A stretch of DNA of 64,000 nucleotides from NCBI RefSeq assembly GCF_006345805.1, contig NC_043016.1, forward strand, positions 20,522,001 to 20,586,000, in the 5' to 3' direction. Position numbers and translations under genes: made by a program. Shown here one piece after another: positions 50,655 to 62,171 of the stretch (position 1 is the first letter of the stretch; each line of letters begins with the position of its first letter). The notes under the pieces are model-generated. The model was not told where the DNA came from and made no database searches. It saw nothing but the letters and a program-made list of their open reading frames with translations. This DNA comes from Octopus sinensis (Eukaryota).

Positions 50655-53600
50655 TAACAACAAATAAGATGAGGACAAATATCTGTCTAACGTAAATAAT
50701 ATAAATAATGTAAATAATTCCTCATCTCTTAAATATAGAACTGTAAAACTGCAAATGATCTCATGATCTACAACACTAACTTAAAAAAATCAGCCAGCCA
50801 CCTAAGCCAGATCGACTACCTCCTCAACAGGCAATGGGATAGATAGATGCTTAAAAATGCAAAGTCTTTCCCAGGTGAAAAGTGCATAAGTTACTAGTTA
50901 GTGACTTCAGAATTAGAGCTAGAAAAACTTGGAGAAATAAACCAATCTGGAAAAGAAGACTATGGAAGCTCAAAGACCCAGCAAACAGACAAAAATTTAG
51001 AGATTTACTCATGGAAGCTTCCGATGAAAGAGAGAAAGAAGTGGGGACAACTGGAAGTTCCTGTGGGACAATCTACTGAGGGCTATGGATGAAATCTGTG
51101 GTTGGTGCAAAGTCCCAGCTAGAGCAAGGGTGACATGGGAATGGAGCAAGGATGTTGACAGTACTATAAAAGCACAATGATAAGCCTGGAAAAACTGGAA
51201 AAATGGTGGAAGCAGAAAATTATATCAGGTAGCCTAAAGGGTAGCTAGGCATCAGGTTTACATAGCAAAAGGAATAGGTGAAGGTAAGAGATTTGCAAAT
51301 GTTCTACAGCATGAGGATCAGAGGTGAGAGGTGTTCAGGATTGCAAAGCAATGTATCATAGAAAATGGAGATGTGGTAGGTGAGAAATGTGTGCGAATGG
51401 ATAATGGTATGCTTGTACTTAGTGACTCAGAGAAGAAAGATGCATGGGAGTGTTGCTATAGAAGGTTACTATATGTGGAAAATGAATGGGAGGAGATTCT
51501 ACGAAATATCGAACCAATTGAGGGACCAGACATCAAAGTTGATAGCAGCATAATAGATAAGGCAATTAAAGACATGAAGACAAGGAAAGTCTCTGAGCCA
51601 TCAGGAATCACTGCTGAGATTATTAAAATTTCAAGTGGTGTAGAATACAGCTTAGTCACTTGTATAGTTAATCAGGTTATTCAATAAGGCACCATCCCCA
51701 TTGAATGGTGTAGTAGTAGTCTTATAGTTGGCTGCTACAAGGGTAAAGATGATGCCTTAGATAGAAACAACTTCAGAGGTATTAAATTGCTAGACCAAGT
51801 CATGAAAGTTACTGAGAGGGTTATTGCTCAATTGATTAGAAAAAAAATTAAGCTAGATGAGATGCAGTTTGGTTTTATACCTGGGAAGCATACCACAGAT
51901 GCCATCTTCCTGGTGAGACAACTGCAGGAAAAGTACTCGGCCAAAAGTAAGCCATTATACTTAGCCTTCATCAACCTGGAGAAAGCTTTTGAGAGAATTC
52001 CCCGCTCTGTTACATGGTGGTCTTTAAGAAAGTTAGGAGTAGAGGAGTGGCTTGTTAGAGCTGTACAAGCCATGTACAGTGGTGCGGTCAGTAAGGTGAG
52101 AGTAGAGTTGGCCATAAGTACAGTGATGAATTTAGCATACAGATAGGGTTCACTAGGGCTTAGTTCTCAGTCCACCAGACCATAACAGAAGAATTCAAAA
52201 CTGGGTGTCTGTGGGAACTGCTATATGCTGATGACCTTGCTTTTTGTGCAGAATCTTTAGCAGAATTGGAGAAGAAATTCCAAGTATGGAAACAAAATCT
52301 GGAATCAAAGGGCCTTAAAGTTAACCTAAGACCAAAGTTGTTGTTAGTAAGAAAGAAGATAAAATTCTCTTTCCATCAGGTAAATGGTCCTGCTCAATAT
52401 GTAGGAAAAGAGTTGAAAGAAATTCCATTTGCTGCACCCAGTGTAAACTATAGATGTATAAGAGGTGCAGTGGAATCACAGGTAGATTAACAGATAAAGT
52501 TGTCTTTGTATGTGAAAGGTGTGCAGGAACAATAAGCACTAAGAGCACACAGGAATTAGATTTTCTCAAATGCCCAGGAGGCTCTCTTGAGGTTGTAGAT
52601 AGATCCTGTTACCTAGGCGACCAAATTAGTAATGGTGAAGGATGCTCTGAGAGTATTATTTCTAGAATAAGAATAGGGTGGAGGAAGTTCAGAAAGCTAT
52701 TACTTCTGTTGGCAACAAAAGGACTCTCTCTCAGAATGAAAGGTAGACTATATAATGCTTATGTGTGAACAGCTATACTCCATGGTAGTGAGACATTGAG
52801 ACAATCTGAATGCAGAAGATGTGTAGACTGGAGAGAAATGAAAGTAGTATGCTCTGTTGAATGTGCAACATCAGTGCACATGTATGGCAAAGTGCAAAAG
52901 TATTGAGAGAAAAGTTGGGCATAATAGGAATTAAATGCAGCATGCAAGAGAGAAAACTACACTGGTTTGGGCATATGAATGAAGACAGCTGCATAAAGAA
53001 GTGCCAATCTACATTTCCACATCTCTGCTTCCTCACATTTCCTTCTTCATACATTATGCCTTGCTCTCACTCTCTAATCCTGTTCCTCTGTATCATTGCT
53101 ATTCAGTAGCACCCTAGCTCTATATATACCTAGATTTTCGCCACTCACTCTCTCCATTCTGCACTCTTTAATCACGCCTCCTTTGAAATATCCTGCCAGT
53201 TATATTATGGCATTTGAATTCAAGGGTCTGCCCTGGCACTTGCCACCATCTGTATCTCACACTTCCTTTACTCAACCATCCCATTAATATTCTGATCCCC
53301 ATCATTTGAGTATACCCAGCATTTTGCTACCATCTCTATCCTGCTGTCTCCCTCTTTCTCTCTCCTCCCGCATTTCCCTCGGGTTGGATAACAATGTATT
53401 TCTTTTGCAGTAGCGCACTTGTTTCTATCTTCATTCCTGATCTCTTTCTCTTTCCTCTATCTCTCTCTCTAGTCGGGTAACCTTGTATCTGTTGCTTTGT
53501 TTAACTGTAACCTTTCATCATCCAACACAAGATTGCCTCCTCCAATGCCTCTCCACTCTTGAAAGTTTTTTTTTTTGTCTTGCAACTGTCACTGCAGGTG

Positions 53601-54589
53601 CCACTTAAAAACACCTAGTCCACACTAGTCAGAAGGGCATCCAACTGTAAAAACCTTGCAAAAACTGACCTTGCCTGTGCTTGCTTCCTAACACCAACCA
53701 CTCTGCTGGGTGGTTGGTGTTAGGAAGGGCATTCAGTTGAAAAATCCTGCCAAAACAATCACAGAAATCTGGTGCAGGCTTCTGTCTGGCCAGCTCTTGT
53801 GAAGCCACCCACAGTAGCCTGGAAGGCGGACGTTAGACAATGATGATGATGAAGATGCGTGTGTGTGTGTTTGTGTAGATATATGTATATATGTGTGTGT
53901 GTGTGTGTGTATAAATGTAAGATCCAGGGGTTGAGGCATAGGAAGAAAGATGGCTTTGAGCAATCTGTTGTGAATATAAACAAACAACTTTCAGGAACAA
54001 TAGTGATTTATTGAGAAGGAAGGTTGCACATTTTTGTCTTTCATTGAAGAATGATGAGCTGTTGAATCTTTGCATCAGCATGTACCTCCTGCTGGAATGT
54101 AGCCTTTAATCTAATCAAGATATCCTTGGCCTCATGAGTAGATGGCAGTATACATCTCATTTGGTTGTTACCACTTCTGAGGTTCCACTCACTATGAAAC
54201 ATGTAGCCCAGATTTCCCCTACTCCATTCCGTAACTCTTGTATATATGTGTGATGTGTGTGTGTGTATCTATATATTCTTTTACTCATTTTAGACATGCA
54301 GCTGCGGTCATATTGGAGCACCACCGTGGTCTTTCTGATTTCCTCAGTCTGGAGTGTTTCACACCACCACTTCTATGTGTGCATATGTCCAAGCTGTTGG
54401 CCCATTTGGTGTATAAGGGTGTTTGATTCTTCTGCCCTCATCTGTACCTCATGTTGGGCTGTTGGGCCATCTGGTATTGTGGAGAGAAGGATATCTAGTT
54501 CCACCGCATGCAGTTCTCTGGCTATAACCAAAGGGGTAGGATTAGAGTGTACAAAGGAGCCAGGGCTAAGTACAAAGCCATCATAGAGA

Positions 54590-55240
54590 GTGATGCAAAG
54601 GGGATATGTCTGCTATACAAGAGTAAATCCTGGAACAGCATAAAAAGGACCAGAAAAAAGATAGATAAGGCCAAGTCATGGTAGGACAACAAAAAATACT
54701 AGAGTGTCATGATCGTTGATGCTACCCCTGGCAGTGAACTAGCATACCTTTTTGGAAAAGTGTTAGATAAGGCTAATCTAAAGTAGTTGTAAGACTTGGT
54801 GCCCCTATAAAATTCCTGATCTGTAGAACTTATCCTTTTGATAGGTCCCCATGTGTGGAGAACAATTGTATAGTATGTAGGATGAACACACAGGTTAACT
54901 GTAAGATTAGGAATATAGTGTATAGCTTATGATGTACTGAGAGATGGTGCAGAAACAAGACAGCTACTTACATTGGAGAGACAGCACACAGCATAGGAGA
55001 ATGTATAGGGGAACACTGGTGAGAGCTTACAGAAGAGAAAGGCTTGTCAGTGCTCTACCAACATGCTCAAGCAGAACATAGAGGCTCGGTTAATAGCATA
55101 GCGGTTAAGGTATTATCAACGCATAGAACTGACATGGCACCTAGACAGATCACAGAGGCTACACACATAGCAATAAATAGACCAGCCTCAACAGAAAACA
55201 TGAATGGAACAATAACATCTACCACCACATCGTAGAAAAT
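54590..55240 (+). mobile_element. Decayed Penelope-like GIY-YIG region
   Basis: VDATPGSELA...C....C.VC....NCKIRNIVYSL.C....C....YIGETAHS.GE...EH...SVLYQHAQAEH...RQITEA. Confidence 0.7.
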
Positions 55241-55907
55241 GATGACTAAAGACTGAAGTGAGAAACAAAAAAAACCCAACAAAACTATATAAAGGGCATG
55301 GATACAAACAACATAGGAAGCAAAGCCATATACACACACAAACACACATACAGTAACTTCACAGATGGCCGCAACAATATCAACAACACAACTAACAACA
55401 ATGGCAACAACAACTACCACGATGGCAGCAGCATGGGCAAACACACAAACACAGAGAGTTACAAGAATGGTACAAAAAGTCGGGTACAAAGCAGGAGCAG
55501 TAGGATGGGGTAGGGGGACGGGGCTGAGGGGAGAGTCAAAGTGCTATTAAGAATAATGACACACACACAAACACAGATGCATGTGCATAAAAGGATACAC
55601 ATCATAGAAGAACAGAATGGAATAAGCAGAGCAAGAGCACACACGAAGACAGAAAGTGTTGTTGAGGAGGTCACAGATGTGTGGTGAAAGATTTCTAGGC
55701 AATGGACACGAGATAGAATAAGAACAGTAATAAATGAGTGAAGAACAAATATATAGTACATGTGTTTATTTGGCAAAAAAAAAAAGACCATCCTGAAATA
55801 CATTTTTCAACACATGACTTCACATCAGGAACCTAGCAGCACAAATTCATAAATGTATATACACACACATATATACATATATATACACATGCACACACAC
55901 ACACACA

Positions 55908-57058
55908 CAGGGTCATCACATAAATAATGCAGTTTTTTCAATTGCATGAACTAAAAGTCGGAGGGGGATGGGATTAATGACCTGCATCAACTTGCTATAA
56001 AAGCAGGTAGCAATTTTACCTGGTCCTTATTCTTAGTGCAAGTTTTGAAGAGTGCAGTTCGATTTTATCAGTTACATTTTCAAAGCTATAATGGAAGTGA
56101 CAAAGGAGGATATTTGGCATGTTTTGCTTTATGAGTTCAATAAAGGTAACAATGCAATGGAAAGTGTGAGGAACATTAATGCAGTATATGGGGATCGGAC
56201 AATATGCATAAGCCTGTGTCAACAGTGGTTCCAGAAATTCTGAGCCAGAAACTACAGCCTAGAAGATGAGCCTCGTCCTGGAAGATCTGTAGAGCTCAAC
56301 AAGGACGTCCATGGTGGAAACCTTGGTGGAACAAAATCCCACCATAACTGTTGAGGAACTAGTAGAGAAGCTTGGTTTTGGTCATTCAATCATTCGCTGA
56401 TACCTGCATACCATTGGAAAAGTCAGCAAATTGGGTTCCTCACAAACTTTCCGAGTCTAATCATGCACAGAGAGTGAATGTGTGCTCTTCTTTGCTGTCA
56501 CGTCTCACAAATGAACCATTTTTTGGACCAAATAGCGACTGGTGATGACAAACGTGTTCTCTATAAACTGTCAAGCACTGAAGACAGTGGGTAGGGAAAG
56601 GAGAGACACTGGTACCCCAGGCTAAAGAAGGTCTTCACCTATGTAAGGTGTCATTATGTGTTTCATGGAATATGAACCGTTTAGTCCACTTTGAACTTTT
56701 AAACTCAAATTAAACAATAACAAAGGAGATCTCCTGCAAGCAGCTTGAGTGGCATAAGTCAGGGCTAGAAGGAAAATGACCGTCTTGGTTTCAAAGGTAT
56801 ACTTCTATCAGAATAATGCTTGGCCACATACAGCGGGGATAACATTACAAAGGCTGGAGCAGAACAGTACTGGATAAATATTTTTCATCATGGATAAGTG
56901 AATTTTGATGAGGGGCCTCGCAAGTCTAACAGATAAATGGGAGAGCATTGTAGAAAATGAAGAAGAGTATACTTTAGCTTATAAAAGAACTTTGTTTATC
57001 TTAATTTTGAAAAATAAAATAAGTATAAAAAAATCGCATTATTTATGGGATGACCCAC
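55908..57058 (+). mobile_element. Mariner element, decayed
   Basis: TIRs gggtcatcacataaataatgc / gcattatttatgggatgaccc. MEVTKEDIWHVLLYEF.KGNNA, WVPHKL and TGDDK motifs. Confidence 0.9.
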
Positions 57059-57105
57059 TATATATATATAATATATATATATATATATTATATATATATA
57101 TATAT

Positions 57106-57138
<33 letters not shown>

Positions 57139-57159
57139 TGTGTGTGTGTGTGTGTGTGT

Positions 57160-57456
57160 GTGGAGGCACAATAGCCCATGGTTAGGACAGCGGACTCGCA
57201 GTCGTAGGATCACGGTTTCGATTCCCAGACTGGGCGTTGTGAGTGTTTAGAGAGCGAAAACACCTAAAAGCCCCACGAGGCTCCGGCAGGGGGTGGCGCC
57301 GATCCCTGCTGTACTCTTTCGCTGCAACTTTCTCTCACTCTTTCTACTGTTGGCTTGCTCGCTTAGCAAGCGGGGTGGCGTCATTTGAAGGCTAAAACAA
57401 TGCGAAGTGCATTGTGATCATCGATGTGTAGCCTGATAGTCTGGTCGGTCACGTGA
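57160..57456 (+). mobile_element. tRNA-derived SINE, family C
   Basis: Head ggaggcacaatagcccatggttagg...ggtttcgattccc; ends gtcggtcacgtga followed by (TA)n. Confidence 0.85.
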
Positions 57457-57860
57457 TATATATATATATATATATCTGAATTTTATAGTATTAAGTATCC
57501 ATCACAGTTCGTCATACATATTGGTTTTGCGAAAAAAATACAATTGAGTGTTAGGCAACAAAACAATTATATAAATACGCCCATCAGAGGTAGACGACAT
57601 AGAAGGGAATATGTCGATTGCTCTCCACTTCCGGAGGTGGATTTGCACGATTGGTCAGCGTCTGCAATAAAAAAGTAATGGAATGAAAAAAAGGACCAGA
57701 CGTTTTGCTTGAAGTTATGTCCCTTGGTTAGGTATATTGTGGAGCTGGCAAAAGTCATCATTGGAGTGGGGAAAAGTTTGTGGTTATTCTGCAGGAATGG
57801 GGCGTGTGTGGTATGTGTAGCAGTGTTATATGTATAAATTTTTCTGGGAGTTTTATATAT

Positions 57861-58255
57861 AGGCGTAGGAGTGGCTCTGTGGTAAGTACCTTGCTTACGA
57901 ACCACATGGTTCCGGGTTCTGTCCCACTGCGTGGCACCTTGGGCAAGTGTCTTCTACTATAGCCTCGGGCCGACCAAAGCCTTGTGAGTGGATTTGGTAG
58001 ATGGAAACTGAAAGAAGCCCGTCGTATATATGTATATATATGTGTGTGTGTGTCTGTGTGTCTGTGTTTGTACCCCCCCCCAACATCGCTTGACAACCGA
58101 TGCTGGTGTGTTTACGTCCCCGAAACTTAGCGGTTCGGCAAAAGAGACCGATAGAATAAGTACTAGGCTTACAAAGAGTAAGTCCTGGGGTCGATTTCCT
58201 CGACTAAAGGCGGTGCTCCAGCATGACCACAGTCAGATGACTGAAACAAGTAAAT
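57861..58255 (+). mobile_element. tRNA-derived SINE, family A (nested)
   Basis: Matches 17305-17697. Confidence 0.9.
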
Positions 58256-58377
58256 GAGATATACATATAAGTTTTTCTGTGGGTGTAGGTATATGCACTG
58301 CGTTCTTTATCGTTTTCTTCCTTTAAAGGATAAAGTTGTAGGTCTTTTATATTAGCGTGTGGTGTGTAATGTATAAT

Positions 58378-58680
58378 GACCGGCAGATTTTAAAAATAAT
58401 TTCTTTGTAACTAAACACTTTTAAACTTCGTATACTGGTAGAATGTGTTTATAAAACATATTTTTCTCTTGGCTTTCTTGAGAAAATTCTGTAGTTTGTA
58501 AGATATTTGCCGAAATGCAAGAAACTAAACAACAAATAGCTTACTAACTACAGAATTTTCTCAAGAAAGCCAAGAGAGAAAGATGTTTTATGTAACACAT
58601 TCTACCAGTATACGAAGTTTAAAAGTGTTTAGTTTCAAAGAAATTATTTTAAAAATCTGCCGGTCAAAGCGAAAAGATCC
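58378..58680. mobile_element. Palindromic derivative of the GGATCTTTTC MITE (nested)
   Basis: tgaccggcagattttaaaaataatttc... / ...gaaattattttaaaaatctgccggtcaaagcgaaaagatcc. Confidence 0.8.
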
Positions 58681-59089
58681 AGGGTTTGTGTATATTTGGG
58701 GGTATAATATGTGCTGGGCGTGGTGGGGATAGTTAACTGCGGGGTGTCCGTATGTGTACATGGGTGCATTGGTGTGTCATAGTCAAATACTTTATGCTGG
58801 GTCCAAGGGACATAACTCTGAGCAAATTCTCTGGTCCTTTTTGCATTCCACCACTTTTTTTTTACAGGAAACGCTGATCCGTCGTGCTAATCTACCTCCG
58901 GAGGTGGAGAGCAATCGTCATATTCCCTTCCATGTTTATATAATTGTTTTGTTGCCTAACAACTCAATTGTATTTTTGCATGAAACCGATCGGCAAGACC
59001 AGCTGTGATGGATAGTTAATACTATAAAATTCGGTTATTGTACCCACTCTACTAACAGTTATATGAGTGTATCTTCTCCTTGAGTCAAA

Positions 59090-59158
59090 CTATATATATA
59101 TATATAATATATATATATATATATTAATATATAATATATATATTATATATATATATAT

Positions 59159-59200
<42 letters not shown>

Positions 59201-59229
59201 TATATATATTATATAATATATATATGTAT

Positions 59230-59269
<40 letters not shown>

Positions 59270-59338
59270 TAATATATAATATATATATATATATATACAC
59301 CATATATATATATATACACCACACATATATATATATAC

Positions 59339-59381
<43 letters not shown>
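59090..59381. repeat. ~290-bp (TA)n-rich microsatellite
   Basis: Directly visible. Confidence 0.95.
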
Positions 59382-59384
<3 letters not shown>

Positions 59385-59664
59385 ACGTGACCGACCAGAC
59401 TACCAGATGTTGCTACATATCGCTGGTCACAATGCGCTTCGCATTGTTTTAGCCTTCAAATGACACTACCCTACTGGCTAAGCGAGCAGGCCAACAGAAG
59501 AAAGAGTAAGAGAAAGTTGCAGCGAAAGAGTACAGCAGGGATCGCCCCCTCCCCAGCCAGGTGTTTTCGCTCAATAAACACACACAACACCCGGTCTGGG
59601 AATCGAAACCGCGATCTTCCCACCGTGAGTCCGCTGCCCTAACCACTGGGCCATTGCACCTCCA
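59382..59664 (-). mobile_element. tRNA-derived SINE, family C
   Basis: Reverse complement of the 57160-57456 copy, apart from a ~20-bp internal indel. Confidence 0.85.
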
Positions 59665-60378
59665 CACACACACATATATATATATAACTGATAAATTAAG
59701 AAACAAGCATGCACACTCACACGAAACAAAATGTTGGCGGGAGCATCTTTTCAGTCACTTAATCTAATAATAGAAATAAGAACTGTAATCCTGATATACT
59801 GTGTCATGATTTCTTATCACTCTTCGAAAGACATACTCAATTTACTTCCCCAATTAATAGCATGAAGTATTCAGTTATTATATAAAGCAACCAGAAATTA
59901 AGGGAAATAAATTGAGTAATTATCCCTGAAGAGCATTCAGTAATGTGTGAAATGGCCTGTCAGGGGACTTCCTGCTCTTTTTTTCTGTACATTGAAAGCA
60001 TATTTAGATTCTCACAACTCACTATCACAAATAAATTCTAAAATTTATCTCAGTACTTCTGATTCACATTATGTCGTGCATAAAACATATATTGTTTAAT
60101 TAATGAAGAGCTGTCTAAAGCAAAAATATAACAATTAAACTATAAAATTATATAACTAATTCTTGGTAGCTTTACATAACAACTGAATATGCGGTTTGGG
60201 AAAGGAGATAGGAGACATCTTCTTTGGAGAATAACTAACAAGTTGTGAAATGTTCTATCAAGAAAGCATAGAATAATGTGTTTACACTCTTATAGTTTAT
60301 GGTTAAAGCTTTATAATATTTAAATTTATTTCAGTACTGCTGATTTAAGCTGTATCATGTATAATATATACTTAAACT

Positions 60379-60782
60379 GGATCTTTTCGGTTTGAACGGC
60401 AGTTTTTTTTAGCGGTGTCATATGAAATTGTCACCCATAATTATGACCCTAGTATCGATCTATTGCATTTCAATCTGTTTTAGGGTGAGGGGAAGGGTAT
60501 CTTTTTTTCTTCAGAAATGTAAATAAACCCAATCTGTTTCTTAAACGAGGGACATATTCATACGGCACAGAATGTTTTCACCTCATTAGTCGTCATTGAT
60601 TGGTTGAAATTGCAGAAATTGAAGAAAAAAAACAACAAATATCTTACAAACTATAGAATTTTCTCAAGAGGGCCAAGAGAAAAAGATGTTTTATAAACAC
60701 ATTCTACCAGTATATGAAGTTTAAAAGTGTTTAGTTACGTGGAAATTATTTTAAAAAACTGCTGTTCAAACTGAAAAGATCC
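60379..60782. mobile_element. Merlin-like MITE with perfect 8-bp TSD
   Basis: TIRs GGATCTTTTCGGTTTGAACGGCAG / CTGCTGTTCAAACTGAAAAGATCC. CTTAAACT at 60371-60378 and 60783-60790. Confidence 0.85.
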
Positions 60783-61574
60783 CTTAAACTTTATTGTCAT
60801 TATATTTTAAAGATTTTAAAATATGACAAGGCAACTGTTCTATTTGTCAGTACCTAGAGTAGTTATATCACTGGATTCAATGGTGTTCAATAATTGCAGA
60901 TTTAAGTGAAAGGCTTCAGTAGTTGCTAAAGCTGTTGTTTATTCCCAAATTATTTAGTCATTAATTTGCTTCTGTTGAGTATTGAAAGAAATATTTTGTT
61001 TTGCTTAGGATAAAACAAGTTGTTCAGTGGATCTATTTATTTACGCTTATATATTTGTTTAGCAAGATTTTTGATGTGAAATCGTGTGTTGAAACAGATA
61101 TTGTTGTATTTACGAATGGTCATTTTGCCAGTTTAGCCAATAAAAACACACGCACTATTTGTTGTATTTAGGAATGGTCATTTTGCCAGTTTAACCAAAA
61201 AACACAACAGTGCATGTGTTTTTATTGGCTAAACTAGCAAAATGACCATTCCTAAATATAACAATATCTATTTATTTAGTTTTCTGACAATGAAATTCTA
61301 ATTGCTTATCAACCACTCTTCAACAGCCCATAATGTTATTAATGTCTGTTGTTTTATAGTCCAAGAAGCTGTAATGGTTTGAAACTCAATTTTCAAAAGA
61401 GTTAAAACTGCTTTCATTCTATTACATTTTAATTTTTTGTTCTTTGAAATATTCATGTTAGTTTTGAATGGCCTGTAAATTTGAGTACTACTTCTTTTGA
61501 CTAAACCACATAACGTGTTTTGATTGCAGGGTAACATTGTCAATGACCTAACAATCTTCATTCTGTTGCAACAA

Positions 61575-61920
61575 TCATCATCATCATCGTTTAACGTCCG
61601 CTTTCCATGCTAGCATGGGTTGGACGGTTTGACTGGGGTCTGGGAAGCCAGGAGGCTGCACCAGGCCCAGTCTGATCTGGCAGTGTTTCTACAGCTGGAT
61701 GCCCTTCCTAACGCCAACCACTCCGTGAGTGTAGTGGGTGCTTTTTACATGCCACAGGCACGGAGGCCAGTTGGGGTGGCGCTGGCAACGGCCACGTTTG
61801 GATGGTTCTTTTACGTGCCACCGGCACTGGTATCACAACTACAATTTCCATTGATTTTTGAGCGATTTCGATTTCACTTGCCTCAACAGGTCTTCGCAAG
61901 CAGAGTTTTGTGTCCCAAGA
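61575..61920 (-). mobile_element. RTE 3' tail
   Basis: Family tail in reverse orientation with about two internal units. Confidence 0.85.
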
Positions 61921-62089
61921 AGATTTCTTTTTACTCATTTTCATCACTTTTCCAAGTGATTAAAGTGTAAAGTCATAATGTTACACTTCCATTGCAATGG
62001 ATAGCATTGTTGTACTTTGTCTAACATATTTTGTTAAGAGACAGATAATAAATTTCATGGAATATTTTGCTATTTCAAAAGGAACTTAC

Positions 62090-62171
62090 TCTCATCCAAA
62101 TTGTCAGCGGCCGTTAATGGTATTTGGTTCCAAAGAAGGGATGCTGCATCTTCTTTTGGTGGATCAGGGAT
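62090..62171 (-). CDS. MEA1: MEA1 penultimate coding exon
   Basis: tgttttcag| ... GAG A|gtaagt, 82 nt; IPDPPKEDAASLLWNQIPLTAADNLDE (cf. MEA1 LPDPP motif). The phase-1 end joins the 36234 exon to give N-QEEKV. Confidence 0.85.

Larger units (their letters stand above)
48640..52980 (+). mobile_element. Long RTE LINE (APE to RT to C-terminus) split by a nested insertion at ~48900-50860
   Basis: APE start (NIGTMKGK, CSVQEVRWRGASARF, FKFFWVG, ILLAEKWVDKVIEV) at 48650-48895. Resumes at ~50870 (HKLLVSDF) through RT (MQFGFIPG, NLEKAFE, YADDL) to ~52980. Confidence 0.85.
57478..59032. mobile_element. Fold-back element with ~250-bp inverted arms and nested insertions
   Basis: 57478-57727 pairs with 58803-59032 (gaattttatagtattaa.tatccatcacag..., caattgagt.ttaggcaacaaaacaattatataaa, gattgctctccac.tccggaggt). 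Confidence 0.85.

Noticed and set aside
54900-54945. In-frame TGA in the Penelope GIY-YIG region as selenocysteine (Naiad-like)
   Set aside because: The TGA lies beside, not at, the conserved Cys; the copy has many other stops and frameshifts; no SECIS identified.
61298-61561. 87-aa minus-strand ORF in the MEA1 intron
   Set aside because: No recognisable motif, no convincing splice sites, and not needed for the MEA1 frame.
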